Shown here: positions 46,880 through 56,336 of the stretch, in pieces
Position numbering within the stretch: position 1 is the first letter of the stretch
How the letters are laid out: each line of letters starts with the position of its first letter
DNA from: Halorutilales archaeon Cl-col2-1
Lineage (GTDB): Archaea; Halobacteriota; Halobacteria; Halobacteriales; Afararchaeaceae
Assembly: GCA_041891055.1 (NCBI GenBank)
Contig: CP169074.1
Location: 800,001 to 864,000 of the forward strand
DNA: 64,000 nt
Direction of reading: 5' to 3'
Position numbers and translations under genes: made by a program
The notes under the pieces: generated by a model
Database searches by the model: none
What the model was told of the DNA's origin: nothing
Seen by the model: the letters and a program-made list of their open reading frames with translations, nothing else

Positions 46880-47631
46880 CACTCTACGGAGTCGGCTTAG
46901 GACCCGGTAGGAAAGACCTCCTGACTATCGGCGGGAAGGAAGCCCTTGAAGACGCAGACGTCGTCTACACGCCGGGACGTCTCTCGAAACGCGTCGTGAC
47001 CGAGTACGTCTCGGAGGACAAGATAGGAGACCTCGACTTCCCTATGACGCGCGACCCCGAGAAGCTCAGGAAGGCGTGGAAGGAAGCCGCAGACGAGGTC
47101 GCTTCAACTGCGGAGAACCAAGACGCCGCGTTCGCAACACTCGGCGATCCCAATATCTACTCTACTTTCGGACATCTCAGAAGGACACTCGACGCCTTCC
47201 ATCCCGAGGTAGACGTCGAGATAATACCCGGCGTCAGTAGCGTGACTGCTTTCGCGACGGCTCTGGGTGTCGAGATAGAAGCGGGCTCTAGCCTCGGACT
47301 CCACGAGGCGAGCGACGGCGACGCGCCGACAGAGAACGACCGGATGGTTCTGTTCAAGGTCACCGACGCCCCCGAGACGGCGACGAAGCTCGATGACGCG
47401 GGCTACGACGTCGTCTTCGGAAGACGTCTCTACATGGAGGAGGGAGACACCGTGGTCACAGAAGACCCCGAGAGAGTCGAGGAGAGGGACTACTACACTC
47501 TAGCGTACGCCGAGAGACGTGGTGTCGAGAAGGATATTGCTACGAAGGAGTTCGAGACACAGAATGATGACGAGAACACGAAAAGGACGAAGACAGAAAC
47601 GGAAACCGAGACAGAGACGGAGGCAGCATGA
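46876..47631 (+). CDS. cbiL: Cobalt-factor II C20-methyltransferase
   Basis: LYGVGLGPG, FPMT, TLGDP..YSTF, PGVSS. Confidence 0.9.
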   Translation: MTLYGVGLGPGRKDLLTIGGKEALEDADVVYTPGRLSKRVVTEYVSEDKIGDLDFPMTRDPEKLRKAWKEAADEVASTAENQDAAFATLGDPNIYSTFGHLRRTLDAFHPEVDVEIIPGVSSVTAFATALGVEIEAGSSLGLHEASDGDAPTENDRMVLFKVTDAPETATKLDDAGYDVVFGRRLYMEEGDTVVTEDPERVEERDYYTLAYAERRGVEKDIATKEFETQNDDENTKRTKTETETETETEAA

Positions 47632-48434
47632 CTGAGACAGACGAAGGCATACCCTTCATAGGAGCGGGACCCGGAGACCCGGGTCTGATGACGGTTCGCG
47701 GAAAGCAGCTTACGGAGGACGCAGACCTCGTCGTACACGCGGGGTCACTCGTCAACTCCGAGATACTCGACCTCTACTGTGACGACGCCGAGAAGGTCAA
47801 CTCAGTAGGTAAGGATCTCGAAGAGCTCGTGCCTCTGATGAGGGACGCCTACGACGAAGGAAAGAACGTCGTGCGTCTCCACTCGGGAGACCCCTCGATC
47901 TACGGCGCGGCACTCGAACAGATGGACGCCTTAGAGGAAGAAGGAGTCCCGACCTACTTCGTCTCGGGTGTGACATCGGCTTTCGCCGCCGCGGCGACGC
48001 TCCGGACACAGCTTACTCTCAACGAGGTGTCCAACCACGTCGCATTCACTCGTCCACAGGGCAAGACGCTCTCAGAGGAAGAAGACCACATAAGCGACTT
48101 CGTCGAGATGGGAGATGTCACGACGTGTATCTACCTCGGTACACACGCAGTCTCGGAGACTATGGAACGTCTCTTGGACGACGGACACGACCCCGAGACT
48201 CCCGTCGCAGTCGTCTACCACGCCTCGTGGCCCGACGAGGACGTCATACTCGGAACTATCGAGGACATAGGCGACAAGGTCGAGGAGGCGGGCTACCGTG
48301 CGTCGGCGCTCGTGATGATAGGAGAGGCTGTCGAGGGAAGCGGATACGAGAGGTCGTACCTCTACGGCGACTGGGCTTCGGATAATGACAGCGACGACTA
48401 CGAACAGAAGGACAGAGAGGAGGGTCAGACGTGA
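47628..48434 (+). CDS. cbiF: Cobalt-precorrin-4 C11-methyltransferase
   Basis: FIGAGPGDP, AGSLV, RLHSGDPSIYGA..EQ, ASWPDE. Confidence 0.93.
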   Translation: MTETDEGIPFIGAGPGDPGLMTVRGKQLTEDADLVVHAGSLVNSEILDLYCDDAEKVNSVGKDLEELVPLMRDAYDEGKNVVRLHSGDPSIYGAALEQMDALEEEGVPTYFVSGVTSAFAAAATLRTQLTLNEVSNHVAFTRPQGKTLSEEEDHISDFVEMGDVTTCIYLGTHAVSETMERLLDDGHDPETPVAVVYHASWPDEDVILGTIEDIGDKVEEAGYRASALVMIGEAVEGSGYERSYLYGDWASDNDSDDYEQKDREEGQT

Positions 48435-49372
48435 GTTCTGATCCCGACTCCGAGGGAGAGGTCGCCGAGGACGTCGCTATTATCTCGTTCGAGAGGAAGA
48501 TGGAGACAGCCGACGACGTAAAGCAGGGGATAGAGTCAGAGTACGAGACAGTCGACGTCGTAGAGTACCATTCCGATGTCTTCGAGGAGAACTGGAGGGA
48601 CTACGACGCCTTCATAGGTCTGATGGCGAGCGGAATCGCCGTCAGAAAGATCGCTCCCTTGCTTGAGTCGAAATGGGACGACCCCGGTATAGTCGTCACA
48701 GACGAGGAGCTTACGTGGGCGATACCCATCACGGGAGGACACCACGGCGCGAACCAGGTCGCTAAGGATCTCGAAAAGCTGGGTGCTGTCCCGACGATGA
48801 CGACAGCGAGCGAGGTCGCGGGGAAGCAGTCGGTCGAGTCGAAGGCTAAGGCTCTCGACGCCCACGTAGTCAACGGAGACTCGACTGTGAAGACTAACCT
48901 CGCCGTTCTCAACGACGAACTCGACGCCGTGGAACGTCTCGAAGGTCCACGTGCGGTTCTCGTGGGCGACGACGTCACAGTTCTCAAGAGAAACAAGGAT
49001 GAGAACGAAGGAGTAGTCGTCGGAGTCGGTGCGGTCAGCGACGTCGAGACAGACGACGTCAAGGACGCCGTAGAGACGGCTCTCGGAGAGATCGGAAGAG
49101 ATGTCGAGGACGTCGAGTTCATAGCCACCGCGACGAAGAAGGAGGACGAGGAGGGCATACTCGAAGCCGCGCGCCAGTTCGACGTCGGTGTCGTGACATT
49201 CGACAAGGAGACTCTTCAGAGCCACGTCGGACCCAGCGACTCACGTGCCGAGGATCTCGTGGGCTGGCCTGGGGTCGCCGAGTCGTCGGCTCTCGCTGGA
49301 AGCAGACAGAGGCAACTCGTACTCGAAAAGAACGCCTACCACAAGGCGGTAACTGTGGCAGTAGCTGAATAA
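48431..49372 (+). CDS. cbiG: Cobalt-precorrin-5A hydrolase
   Basis: MASGIAVR.IAP...K..DP, GGHHGAN, TTASE, GVAE..AL. Confidence 0.92.
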   Translation: MSSDPDSEGEVAEDVAIISFERKMETADDVKQGIESEYETVDVVEYHSDVFEENWRDYDAFIGLMASGIAVRKIAPLLESKWDDPGIVVTDEELTWAIPITGGHHGANQVAKDLEKLGAVPTMTTASEVAGKQSVESKAKALDAHVVNGDSTVKTNLAVLNDELDAVERLEGPRAVLVGDDVTVLKRNKDENEGVVVGVGAVSDVETDDVKDAVETALGEIGRDVEDVEFIATATKKEDEEGILEAARQFDVGVVTFDKETLQSHVGPSDSRAEDLVGWPGVAESSALAGSRQRQLVLEKNAYHKAVTVAVAE

Positions 49373-49374
49373 GA

Positions 49375-50403
49375 ATGAGCGAAGGAACATTATACATCGT
49401 AGGAATAGGACCCGGAGTCCCCGACAAGATGACACAGGAGGCACGTGACGTGATACGCGACTCGGAGGTCGTAGTGGCTTCGTCGCTCTACCAGAAGTTC
49501 CTGCGTCTCGACGACGTGATAGGGAACAAGATCACAGACGACGAGATGATAGAGGAACTCGCTGACGAAGACCCCTTCCCGATAGACGAGGACACGGGAG
49601 AAGAAGGACGCCTAGAGGTCACGACTACCCCCGGAGGCGCTCTCTACGTCGAGGGGGCTACACTCTCGGAGGCTGAGGAGAAGGTCGAGGACGAGGGCAT
49701 AGACGCCTTCATAACCACTCTCGACAGCGGATACGCCGACTACATCGACACGGGAGACGAGGGTGACGGTCAGCTTCTCGTCAAGTCGTCTATGGGGAGA
49801 CAGGTCGAACTCGCCTACGAGGCGATAGCACGTGTCCGAGAGGGGCAGGACGTCGCACACGTCAGCGGGGGCGATCCCAACACCTACGGCAAGTCGGATC
49901 TAGTCTTCAAGGTTCTAGAGCACGCCGACACGACCGACGTCAACGTCGAGATAGTCGAGGGCGTCACCGCGGGGATGAGTGTCTCCGCCGACCTCGGAGC
50001 ACCGCTGTCAGGAGACTTCGCGACGGTGAGCCTGTCGGACAAATGGCGCGACTGGGACGTCATAGAAGACCGTCTCAGGAACGCCGCGAGGTCGGACTTC
50101 GTGATACTCCTCTACAACTGCTGGACGGGGTACGACGAGGCGGCAGACGTCCTACAGGAAGAACTCGACGACGAGGTTCCCGTCGGGATCGTCCACGACG
50201 CCGGACGTGAGGAACACGGAAGGAACGACGACGGCGAAGTATATAGAGTAACGAACGTCGGAGAGATGAAGGAGTACTCCGACGAGATATCCGGGATGGG
50301 TGTCTCTGTCCTTGTCGGCAACTCGAAGACCGAGGTCTGGGAAGCCGACGACAGGGACTACCTAGTTACGCCGAGAGGCGGAAGAGACATAGAGGACTTC
50401 TAA
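49375..50403 (+). CDS. cbiH: Cobalt-factor III C17-methyltransferase, paralog 1 (with acidic insertion)
   Basis: LYIVGIGPG, VSGGDP..YG, DFATVSLSD, LYN, TPRG. Confidence 0.88.
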   Translation: MSEGTLYIVGIGPGVPDKMTQEARDVIRDSEVVVASSLYQKFLRLDDVIGNKITDDEMIEELADEDPFPIDEDTGEEGRLEVTTTPGGALYVEGATLSEAEEKVEDEGIDAFITTLDSGYADYIDTGDEGDGQLLVKSSMGRQVELAYEAIARVREGQDVAHVSGGDPNTYGKSDLVFKVLEHADTTDVNVEIVEGVTAGMSVSADLGAPLSGDFATVSLSDKWRDWDVIEDRLRNAARSDFVILLYNCWTGYDEAADVLQEELDDEVPVGIVHDAGREEHGRNDDGEVYRVTNVGEMKEYSDEISGMGVSVLVGNSKTEVWEADDRDYLVTPRGGRDIEDF

Positions 50404-50422
50404 TAACATACAGGTGACCAAA

Positions 50423-51388
50423 ATGAGCACAGACTCCAACAGTACGACTGACACGAGCACAGACACAGAATCGAAATGCGGCGGATCAACGGACAGCAGC
50501 AGTTCGTCGGGCGGCTGTACCGCCAACACGTCGGACGACGACCTCGACACCTCCGACTCAACGTGGGAGCCCGGAGAGAGATGGAGGAGCACCGACGCTA
50601 CGGCGGGAGACGAGTCGGAGTTCGGAAGCTTCACTGTCGTCGGACTCGGTCCGGGTAGCGTCGAGGAGATGACACAGAAGGCTATCGAGGCACTCGACGA
50701 AGCCGACCACATAGTCGGATACGAGACCTACGTCGATCTCCTTCCCGAGAAGGTGAAGGAGGGAACCGAGATATTCTCGACGCCGATGTGTGGCGAAGTC
50801 TCGCGTACTGAGGAGGCTGTCGACCGCGTCTTAGACGGAAACGACACTGCGATAATCGGAAGCGGAGACCCCAACGTCTACGCCCTCGGAAGCCTCTCAA
50901 TGGAGCTTTTAGAGTCGAAGGGCGCGACACCCGAGGCGGTCGACTTCGACGTGGTCGCCGGAATCCCCGCAGCACAGTCGTGTGGCGCGCGTCTCGGCGC
51001 GCCGTTTGTCAACGACACCGTGACGGTCAGTCTCTCCGACTACCTCACGCCGATGCCTGAGATAGAGTCACGTCTCCACTCGGCGGCGAGAGAGGAGTTC
51101 ACGATAGTCATATACAACCCGTGGAGCCGTAAGAGACGTGACAACTTCGAGAAGGCGGTCGAGATACTCCAGCACCACCGTCCCGACGACACTCCCGTGG
51201 GAATAGTCAGAGACGCGGGACGTGAGGACGAGGTCTCGAAGGTCGTCCCCCTCGGAGAGCTCGACGAGTGGGGCGAGACCGATCTCATCACGATGACGAC
51301 GACTCTCATAATAGGAAACGACGAGACGTACGTCTGGAACGACAAGATGGTGACACCGCGTGGCTACCACCAGAAGTACGACTACTGA
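50423..51388 (+). CDS. cbiH: Cobalt-factor III C17-methyltransferase, paralog 2
   Basis: VGLGPG, GY.TY, SGDP.VY, SLSD.LTP, IYNP.S..R, TPRGY. AGGTGA Shine-Dalgarno before the ATG at 50423. Confidence 0.9.
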   Translation: MSTDSNSTTDTSTDTESKCGGSTDSSSSSGGCTANTSDDDLDTSDSTWEPGERWRSTDATAGDESEFGSFTVVGLGPGSVEEMTQKAIEALDEADHIVGYETYVDLLPEKVKEGTEIFSTPMCGEVSRTEEAVDRVLDGNDTAIIGSGDPNVYALGSLSMELLESKGATPEAVDFDVVAGIPAAQSCGARLGAPFVNDTVTVSLSDYLTPMPEIESRLHSAAREEFTIVIYNPWSRKRRDNFEKAVEILQHHRPDDTPVGIVRDAGREDEVSKVVPLGELDEWGETDLITMTTTLIIGNDETYVWNDKMVTPRGYHQKYDY

Positions 51389-51651
51389 TGACCGAGTACG
51401 AGATAGAGCTCGACCGTAAGAACTGCGACGGGATATTCGCGTGTCTCGTCCGTGACGACGTCCATCTCTACGAGGACGTCAAGGGCGAGAAGGTCGGTAT
51501 AAAGGACGCCGAGATAGAAGACGGAGTAATGAGAGGAGAGTTCGACGACGACCTGATCGACGACGCAGTCTCGGCGGCAGAGGCGTGTCCACCCGACGCT
51601 CTTAGGGTCGTGAGAGACGGAGAGACAGTCGCTCCCGAGGGTGAAGAATGA
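51388..51651 (+). CDS. Ferredoxin (cobalamin cluster)
   Basis: CDGIFAC...AAEACP. ATG overlaps the cbiH stop (TGATG). Confidence 0.85.
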   Translation: MTEYEIELDRKNCDGIFACLVRDDVHLYEDVKGEKVGIKDAEIEDGVMRGEFDDDLIDDAVSAAEACPPDALRVVRDGETVAPEGEE

Positions 51652-52886
51652 GTACGGGGGTTCAGAAGATGAGTATAAGCCTCGGAGACGCCGAGGGCGT
51701 ACGTACACGCGACCTGCGTCAGAGATCGAGTGTCCTCGTAGGTGACGACGCCGTCTACGTCGGGGAGGCGGACGGCACTGTCTCGGCGTACGACGGGGTC
51801 GACGGCGAACGCCTCTGGTCGATCGAGGGAAGAGGAAACGTCGTGAGCTTAGACGAGAGGGGCAGCAGACTGATAGTCGGAGAACGCGCCGAGGGAGGCG
51901 TCGTGAAGTCTCTCGACAAGGAGAACGGAGAGACAGCATGGAGCTACGAGACGTCACACGACGTAGGCGAGGCGACGAAGGATCACCAGCTCTACTACCC
52001 CTACGTCGTCGACGTCGTGGCTGACGACACCGTATACGCCGTCTCACGGCGGTACGACCGCGGGGAGTCGAGGAGCTGGTCGTGCTGTGTCTACGCCTTC
52101 GACGACGCTGGGGAAATACTCTGGAGATACGAGAACGACGCCTCTCCGATAAGCGCGAGCCTGAGGGAAGACGGTGAGAAGCTTGCCGTGGGGTTCAACA
52201 GGGCGGGAGAGAACCACGACAACGGCTTAGTCGTACTCGACACCGAGACGGGCGACCTGAGTATGACTTGGGACCCCGGCACGGAGGGGAACAGACGCGT
52301 GGGTGACGTCTCGTTCTCCGGCGACGAGATCGGAGTAGCGAGCCACGGCGACTACTCGGGCTACCTTCTGAGTGGGTCGGGAGGCGAGGTCTGGCGACGC
52401 GAAATCTCGGAGAAGAGAGACGTCGACGGCGACACCGTCTACGCCTACCCCAACCACGTCCACGCGTCCGACGACTCTGTAGTCTTCGTCACCGGAAACA
52501 CCTACGCCGAGGACACGAGGAAGCCCGACTCACTACATCCGCGTGAGAACAGCCTGATAGCCTACTCGTCCGACGGCGAAGAGGTCTGGGAAGACGACCT
52601 CGGCGGCTTCTCACAGAGAATATCGTATGACGGCGGCGTCTTAGGAGTTGCCTCGGCTCAGAACCTCAGGACGCGTGACCCCGACGTCCACGGTGTCAAG
52701 CTCTATGACACACAGGCGGAGTCGAACCCCGTCATAGACCATCTCCACACCGAGGGAGTCGTCACTGCTGTCGACGTAGACGCCGAGAGCCGTAGGTTCG
52801 CCGCGGTCGAGGAGCCGATGGAGTACGACGACGAGGACGGTCTGAGAGGCGAGTACAGATTACACGTCGGTGGTATGGATGTCTGA
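51648..52886 (+). CDS. PQQ-type beta-propeller repeat protein (cobalamin-cluster associated)
   Basis: Repeated G...W blade motifs, no signal peptide, translationally coupled on both sides. Confidence 0.8.
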   Translation: MSTGVQKMSISLGDAEGVRTRDLRQRSSVLVGDDAVYVGEADGTVSAYDGVDGERLWSIEGRGNVVSLDERGSRLIVGERAEGGVVKSLDKENGETAWSYETSHDVGEATKDHQLYYPYVVDVVADDTVYAVSRRYDRGESRSWSCCVYAFDDAGEILWRYENDASPISASLREDGEKLAVGFNRAGENHDNGLVVLDTETGDLSMTWDPGTEGNRRVGDVSFSGDEIGVASHGDYSGYLLSGSGGEVWRREISEKRDVDGDTVYAYPNHVHASDDSVVFVTGNTYAEDTRKPDSLHPRENSLIAYSSDGEEVWEDDLGGFSQRISYDGGVLGVASAQNLRTRDPDVHGVKLYDTQAESNPVIDHLHTEGVVTAVDVDAESRRFAAVEEPMEYDDEDGLRGEYRLHVGGMDV

Positions 52887-53952
52887 CGCTAACTCTGACT
52901 CCAGCTTCGAGACACACACAGAGACAGAGATCGAAGTTGACATTCCGCCGCTCGACGACGACGCAGGGGAGGAAGCGAGACAGCGTCAGTCACGTCTCAC
53001 GAAGCCCGAGGGAAGCCTCGGAGACCTCGAAGACCTCTCGGTGAGGATAGCAGGTATGAAGGCGAATCCGACGCCGAGGCTCGATCAGAAGGCGGTCGTA
53101 ACCATGGCGGGAGACCACGGAGTGGTAGAGGAAGGAGTGAGCGCGTATCCCCCCGAGGTCACCGCACAGATGGTCTATAACTTCCTCGAAGACGGTGCCG
53201 CGGTCAACTCCCTCGCCGACGTCGCCGACGCCAGAAACGTCGTAGTCGACATGGGGGTCGCCGAGGAGATAGAGTCACCCGACCTCGTAGACAAGAAGGT
53301 CGACTACGGTACATCGAACATCGCTGAGGAGCCCGCTATGACACGGAGCGAGGCGGTCGAGGCGGTCGAAGCCGGACGTGGGGTAGTCCGTGAACACGTC
53401 CCGGACGCCGACGTGATCGGTCTCGGAGACATGGGAATAGGAAACACGACGCCGTCGTCGGCTGTGACCGCCTACGTCGCCGACGCTACAGCCGAGGAGG
53501 TCGTCGGAAGAGGCACGGGGGTCGACGACGACTCTCTCCGGAAGAAGACAGACGTGGTCGAGACAGCCGTCGAGAGAGCCGATCCCGAAGACGCGATAGA
53601 TGTCTTAGCAGAGCTCGGAGGCTACGAGATGGGGGGTCTCGCGGGAGTCGCACTCGAAGCCGCGTCACGGCGTGTACCCGTCGTCGTCGACGGATTCATA
53701 ACCGGCGCGGCGTGTCTCGTCGCTGCCGAGATAGAGCCCGACGTCACCGACTACCTCTTGGGATCACACTCGTCGGTCGAGTCGGGACACGAGGTTCAGT
53801 TCGACTGTCTCGGAGTCGATCCTCTCTTCGACCTCGACCTGCGTCTCGGCGAGGGAACGGGAGCGTGTCTCGCCTTCAACGTCTTCGAGAGCGCGTGTAC
53901 GACACTGAGACAGATGGCGACATTCGACAACGCGGGCGTCTCCGACTCGTGA
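52879..53952 (+). CDS. cobT: Nicotinate-nucleotide--dimethylbenzimidazole phosphoribosyltransferase (bacterial type)
   Basis: LTKP.GSLG.LE, DHGV..EGVS..P..VT.QM, GDMGIGNTT, DGFI, LRLGEGTGA. Confidence 0.93.
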   Translation: MSDANSDSSFETHTETEIEVDIPPLDDDAGEEARQRQSRLTKPEGSLGDLEDLSVRIAGMKANPTPRLDQKAVVTMAGDHGVVEEGVSAYPPEVTAQMVYNFLEDGAAVNSLADVADARNVVVDMGVAEEIESPDLVDKKVDYGTSNIAEEPAMTRSEAVEAVEAGRGVVREHVPDADVIGLGDMGIGNTTPSSAVTAYVADATAEEVVGRGTGVDDDSLRKKTDVVETAVERADPEDAIDVLAELGGYEMGGLAGVALEAASRRVPVVVDGFITGAACLVAAEIEPDVTDYLLGSHSSVESGHEVQFDCLGVDPLFDLDLRLGEGTGACLAFNVFESACTTLRQMATFDNAGVSDS

Positions 53953-53958
53953 CATGAT

Positions 53959-54603
53959 ATGATACACGACACGAAGCCGAGACAGTTCGTCGTCGTCGGG
54001 CACGACGCTCCGACGGAGCCCGACTTCTCACTCGACTCGTTAACCCAGGGGAGACTCGACCTCCTGTGCAGATGCGTAACCTCGTCGTTCGTACTCTCCC
54101 ACTCGTTACGTGACGACACGCGTCTCTACCTCGTCCTGAGCGACGAGGTAACTCTGAGGTTCGAGGGCGACGAACTCAGACATCTCAACCCCGACGAGAG
54201 GAGCACGGCGTCTCTCGTACGGAAGGCTCTCAAGAAGAAAGACGACGTAGTCGGAATGGTCGAGGCGGAGTCGACGCCGGGAATATACGTGTCACAGAAG
54301 GGATTCGAAGACGTCCTGAGCGGGATAGGCACAGACTCAGACACGAGCGTCGACGTAGTAGAGCTACACGAGGACGGAGAGCCCGTGACACAGATAGAGA
54401 CAGACGTCGAGGAGGGAAGAGAGCGTAATCTGTGTTTCGTCCTCTCGGATCACCACGACCTCACAGACGGCGAGTCACGTCTCGTCGAGGAGGTTCGGGA
54501 CAGACGTGTGAGTCTGGGATCTAAGAGCCTCCACGCCGACGACTCGATCACTGTCATGCATAACTACCTCGACACACGCGGGTACGAGAAGTACAAGCTT
54601 TAA
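53959..54603 (+). CDS. trmY: tRNA (pseudouridine54-N1)-methyltransferase
   Basis: GRLDLLCRC, LSH..R.D, LNPDERS, STPG, FVLSDH, SLHAD. Confidence 0.92.
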   Translation: MIHDTKPRQFVVVGHDAPTEPDFSLDSLTQGRLDLLCRCVTSSFVLSHSLRDDTRLYLVLSDEVTLRFEGDELRHLNPDERSTASLVRKALKKKDDVVGMVEAESTPGIYVSQKGFEDVLSGIGTDSDTSVDVVELHEDGEPVTQIETDVEEGRERNLCFVLSDHHDLTDGESRLVEEVRDRRVSLGSKSLHADDSITVMHNYLDTRGYEKYKL

Positions 54604-54628
54604 CCCGCTGGACTCCCGACTTTTTGGT

Positions 54629-54922
54629 ATGTCAGGAAGAGACTCAAACTCAGACGAAGCCGACTCCGACGACGAGAAGTCGAGAGAGGAGAAGCTTGAG
54701 GAGATGATGGGTGGAGAAGACGCAATGGCTCAGATGCTCGGTGCGATGGGAGGCATGGGCGGAGGAATGATGGGAGGAAGAGGACGTGGCGGAGGAGACG
54801 ACGACCGTACAGCTATGGAAGTCAGAAGCCTTGCGAAGGAAGTTGAAGAGCTACGTAACGAGATGATGCAGACGCGTAAGGCCATCGAGCGTATCGCAGA
54901 CAGCCTCGAAGACGACGAGTAA
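54629..54922 (+). CDS. Small acidic hypothetical protein with GGM-rich segment and coiled coil
   Basis: 97 aa: MLGAMGGMGGGMMGG followed by heptad-like LAKEVEELRNEM...IERIADSLE. Confidence 0.75.
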   Translation: MSGRDSNSDEADSDDEKSREEKLEEMMGGEDAMAQMLGAMGGMGGGMMGGRGRGGGDDDRTAMEVRSLAKEVEELRNEMMQTRKAIERIADSLEDDE

Positions 54923-54933
54923 ACCGCCCTAGG

Positions 54934-55425
54934 TCAGACGAGTATAACGACCACGAGTCCGGCGAGTATGGTGAAGGTAAGAACTGCTTGGACGACGTTT
55001 GTCGCTAAGAGTCCGACTGTGGTGTAGGCGGCGGTTCGGAGACTCCGTCGATGGTCGCCGCTACGCCGGTACTCGACCACGAACACAGTTCCGACTGATC
55101 CGACAAGTACCCCGGCGGGTCCCAGGGTTAGAAGTCCCACGACACCAGCTACACCCGCCACAGCAGCGAGCTTGGTGGATGCTCCTCCCACCTTCGCCGC
55201 GAACATCCCTCCGAACCAGTCTACGGCTATGACTACGAGTCCGACAGACGTGAGTAGAGCCAGTACGGCTAATCCGGGATCTGAGTAGCCGGTCGAGAAC
55301 CAGTAGATGTATACACCCGACAGCGACAGGATCGCGCCGGGTATGAGAGGGAGAAAGCTCCCGAAGACGCCGAGTGCTGCGAGTACCACAGCGACCAAGA
55401 CGAGGGGTTCGAGACCGAGAGCCAT
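54934..55425 (-). CDS. DUF456 family membrane protein
   Basis: GS.LP..PG, VD.......K.GGAS, GP.G...G....V..VE pattern. Confidence 0.8.
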   Translation of the reverse strand: MALGLEPLVLVAVVLAALGVFGSFLPLIPGAILSLSGVYIYWFSTGYSDPGLAVLALLTSVGLVVIAVDWFGGMFAAKVGGASTKLAAVAGVAGVVGLLTLGPAGVLVGSVGTVFVVEYRRSGDHRRSLRTAAYTTVGLLATNVVQAVLTFTILAGLVVVILV

Positions 55426-55644
55426 CGTCTTTGTCTCAGGGCTGTTGAGACTTACTCCTTAGGTTCGGATCAGGTAACTAATCCACGGATGACTACAGCC
55501 TCAGGAGTCCGTTGACGACTAAGAGTCCGACTATGAGTACGAAGAAGGAACCCAGAGCGACGGTGACGGCGACTGCGACTGGCTCCAATCGTCAGACTAC
55601 TCCGACTCCAGAAATGCTTAGTACCCCGACAGCCGAGAGTCGGT

Positions 55645-56049
55645 ATGTCTCTTCTGGGACGTCTGTGGAGCCAGGACAACGCTGTCCTGATTACCGCGGT
55701 ACTCGTGGGTCTTGTCGGAGCATACTCGTTCAACACGACTTTCGGTTTCGAGGGAAGCTTTCTACTACTTCTGACTCTCGCTAACTCGGTACCGAGAGCC
55801 TACTCGGGATACTGGATCAGGTACTCGTCCGACACGAAGGCGGTAGCCTGGACAGTTGGAACATCTGTAGTCGCGGGAGCCGAGTTCACGGGAGTCTACG
55901 TCGTAGGAGTAGGTCTTCTGTCTGTGTCTCCTATCGTGGCGAGTGTCGGCGCGTTCGTAGCCGTCCATCTCGGCAACTACGTCTGGCTGAGAGTACTACG
56001 GAACAAAATCGAAGAGAATAGCCCCGACAAGGCTCGCTGTGAACAGTGA
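55645..56049 (+). CDS. Hypothetical membrane protein
   Basis: 134 aa with about 4 hydrophobic segments. Confidence 0.65.
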   Translation: MSLLGRLWSQDNAVLITAVLVGLVGAYSFNTTFGFEGSFLLLLTLANSVPRAYSGYWIRYSSDTKAVAWTVGTSVVAGAEFTGVYVVGVGLLSVSPIVASVGAFVAVHLGNYVWLRVLRNKIEENSPDKARCEQ

Positions 56050-56109
56050 GAACAACACCGACAAGACGTACTTGACGGCTGGTCTGCCCATGCCCGTGTT
56101 CTCGTCCAT
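55996..56109 (-). CDS. Possible 37-aa single-pass membrane peptide
   Basis: MDENTGMGRPAVKYVLSVLFSLFTASLVGAILFDFVP*, just downstream of tRNA-Pro(GGG). Overlaps the convergent gene by 54 nt. Confidence 0.4.
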   Translation of the reverse strand: MDENTGMGRPAVKYVLSVLFSLFTASLVGAILFDFVP

Positions 56110-56153
56110 ATCTATGTTTGGGACATCTATCAGTAAAAGTGGGATCGTTAAAG

Positions 56154-56227
56154 TGGGACCGTTGAGATTCGAACTCAAGTCCGACCGCCCCCAGCGGCCG
56201 AGGATAACCAAGCTACCCTACGGTCCC
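56154..56227 (-). tRNA. tRNA-Pro (anticodon GGG)
   Basis: Minus strand reads GGGACCG TAGGGTAGCTTGGTTATCCTC GGCCG CT GGG GG CGGTC GGAC TTGAG TTCGAAT CTCAA CGGTCCC A, a complete cloverleaf. Confidence 0.95.
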
Positions 56228-56336
56228 TCTATCTATGTCTTGGACTGTTTGTGCTATAAGAGCTTTGTTTTGCCCGAGTGGAAACAGCTTATACGGGAGG
56301 TTTTATCGTGTAAGAAGACCAACCCTGACTAAGCAC

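Noticed and set aside
47590-47622. gagaca-type short tandem repeats (also near 16790 and 60430)
   Set aside because: They encode low-complexity Glu-Thr tails and are not a separate DNA element.
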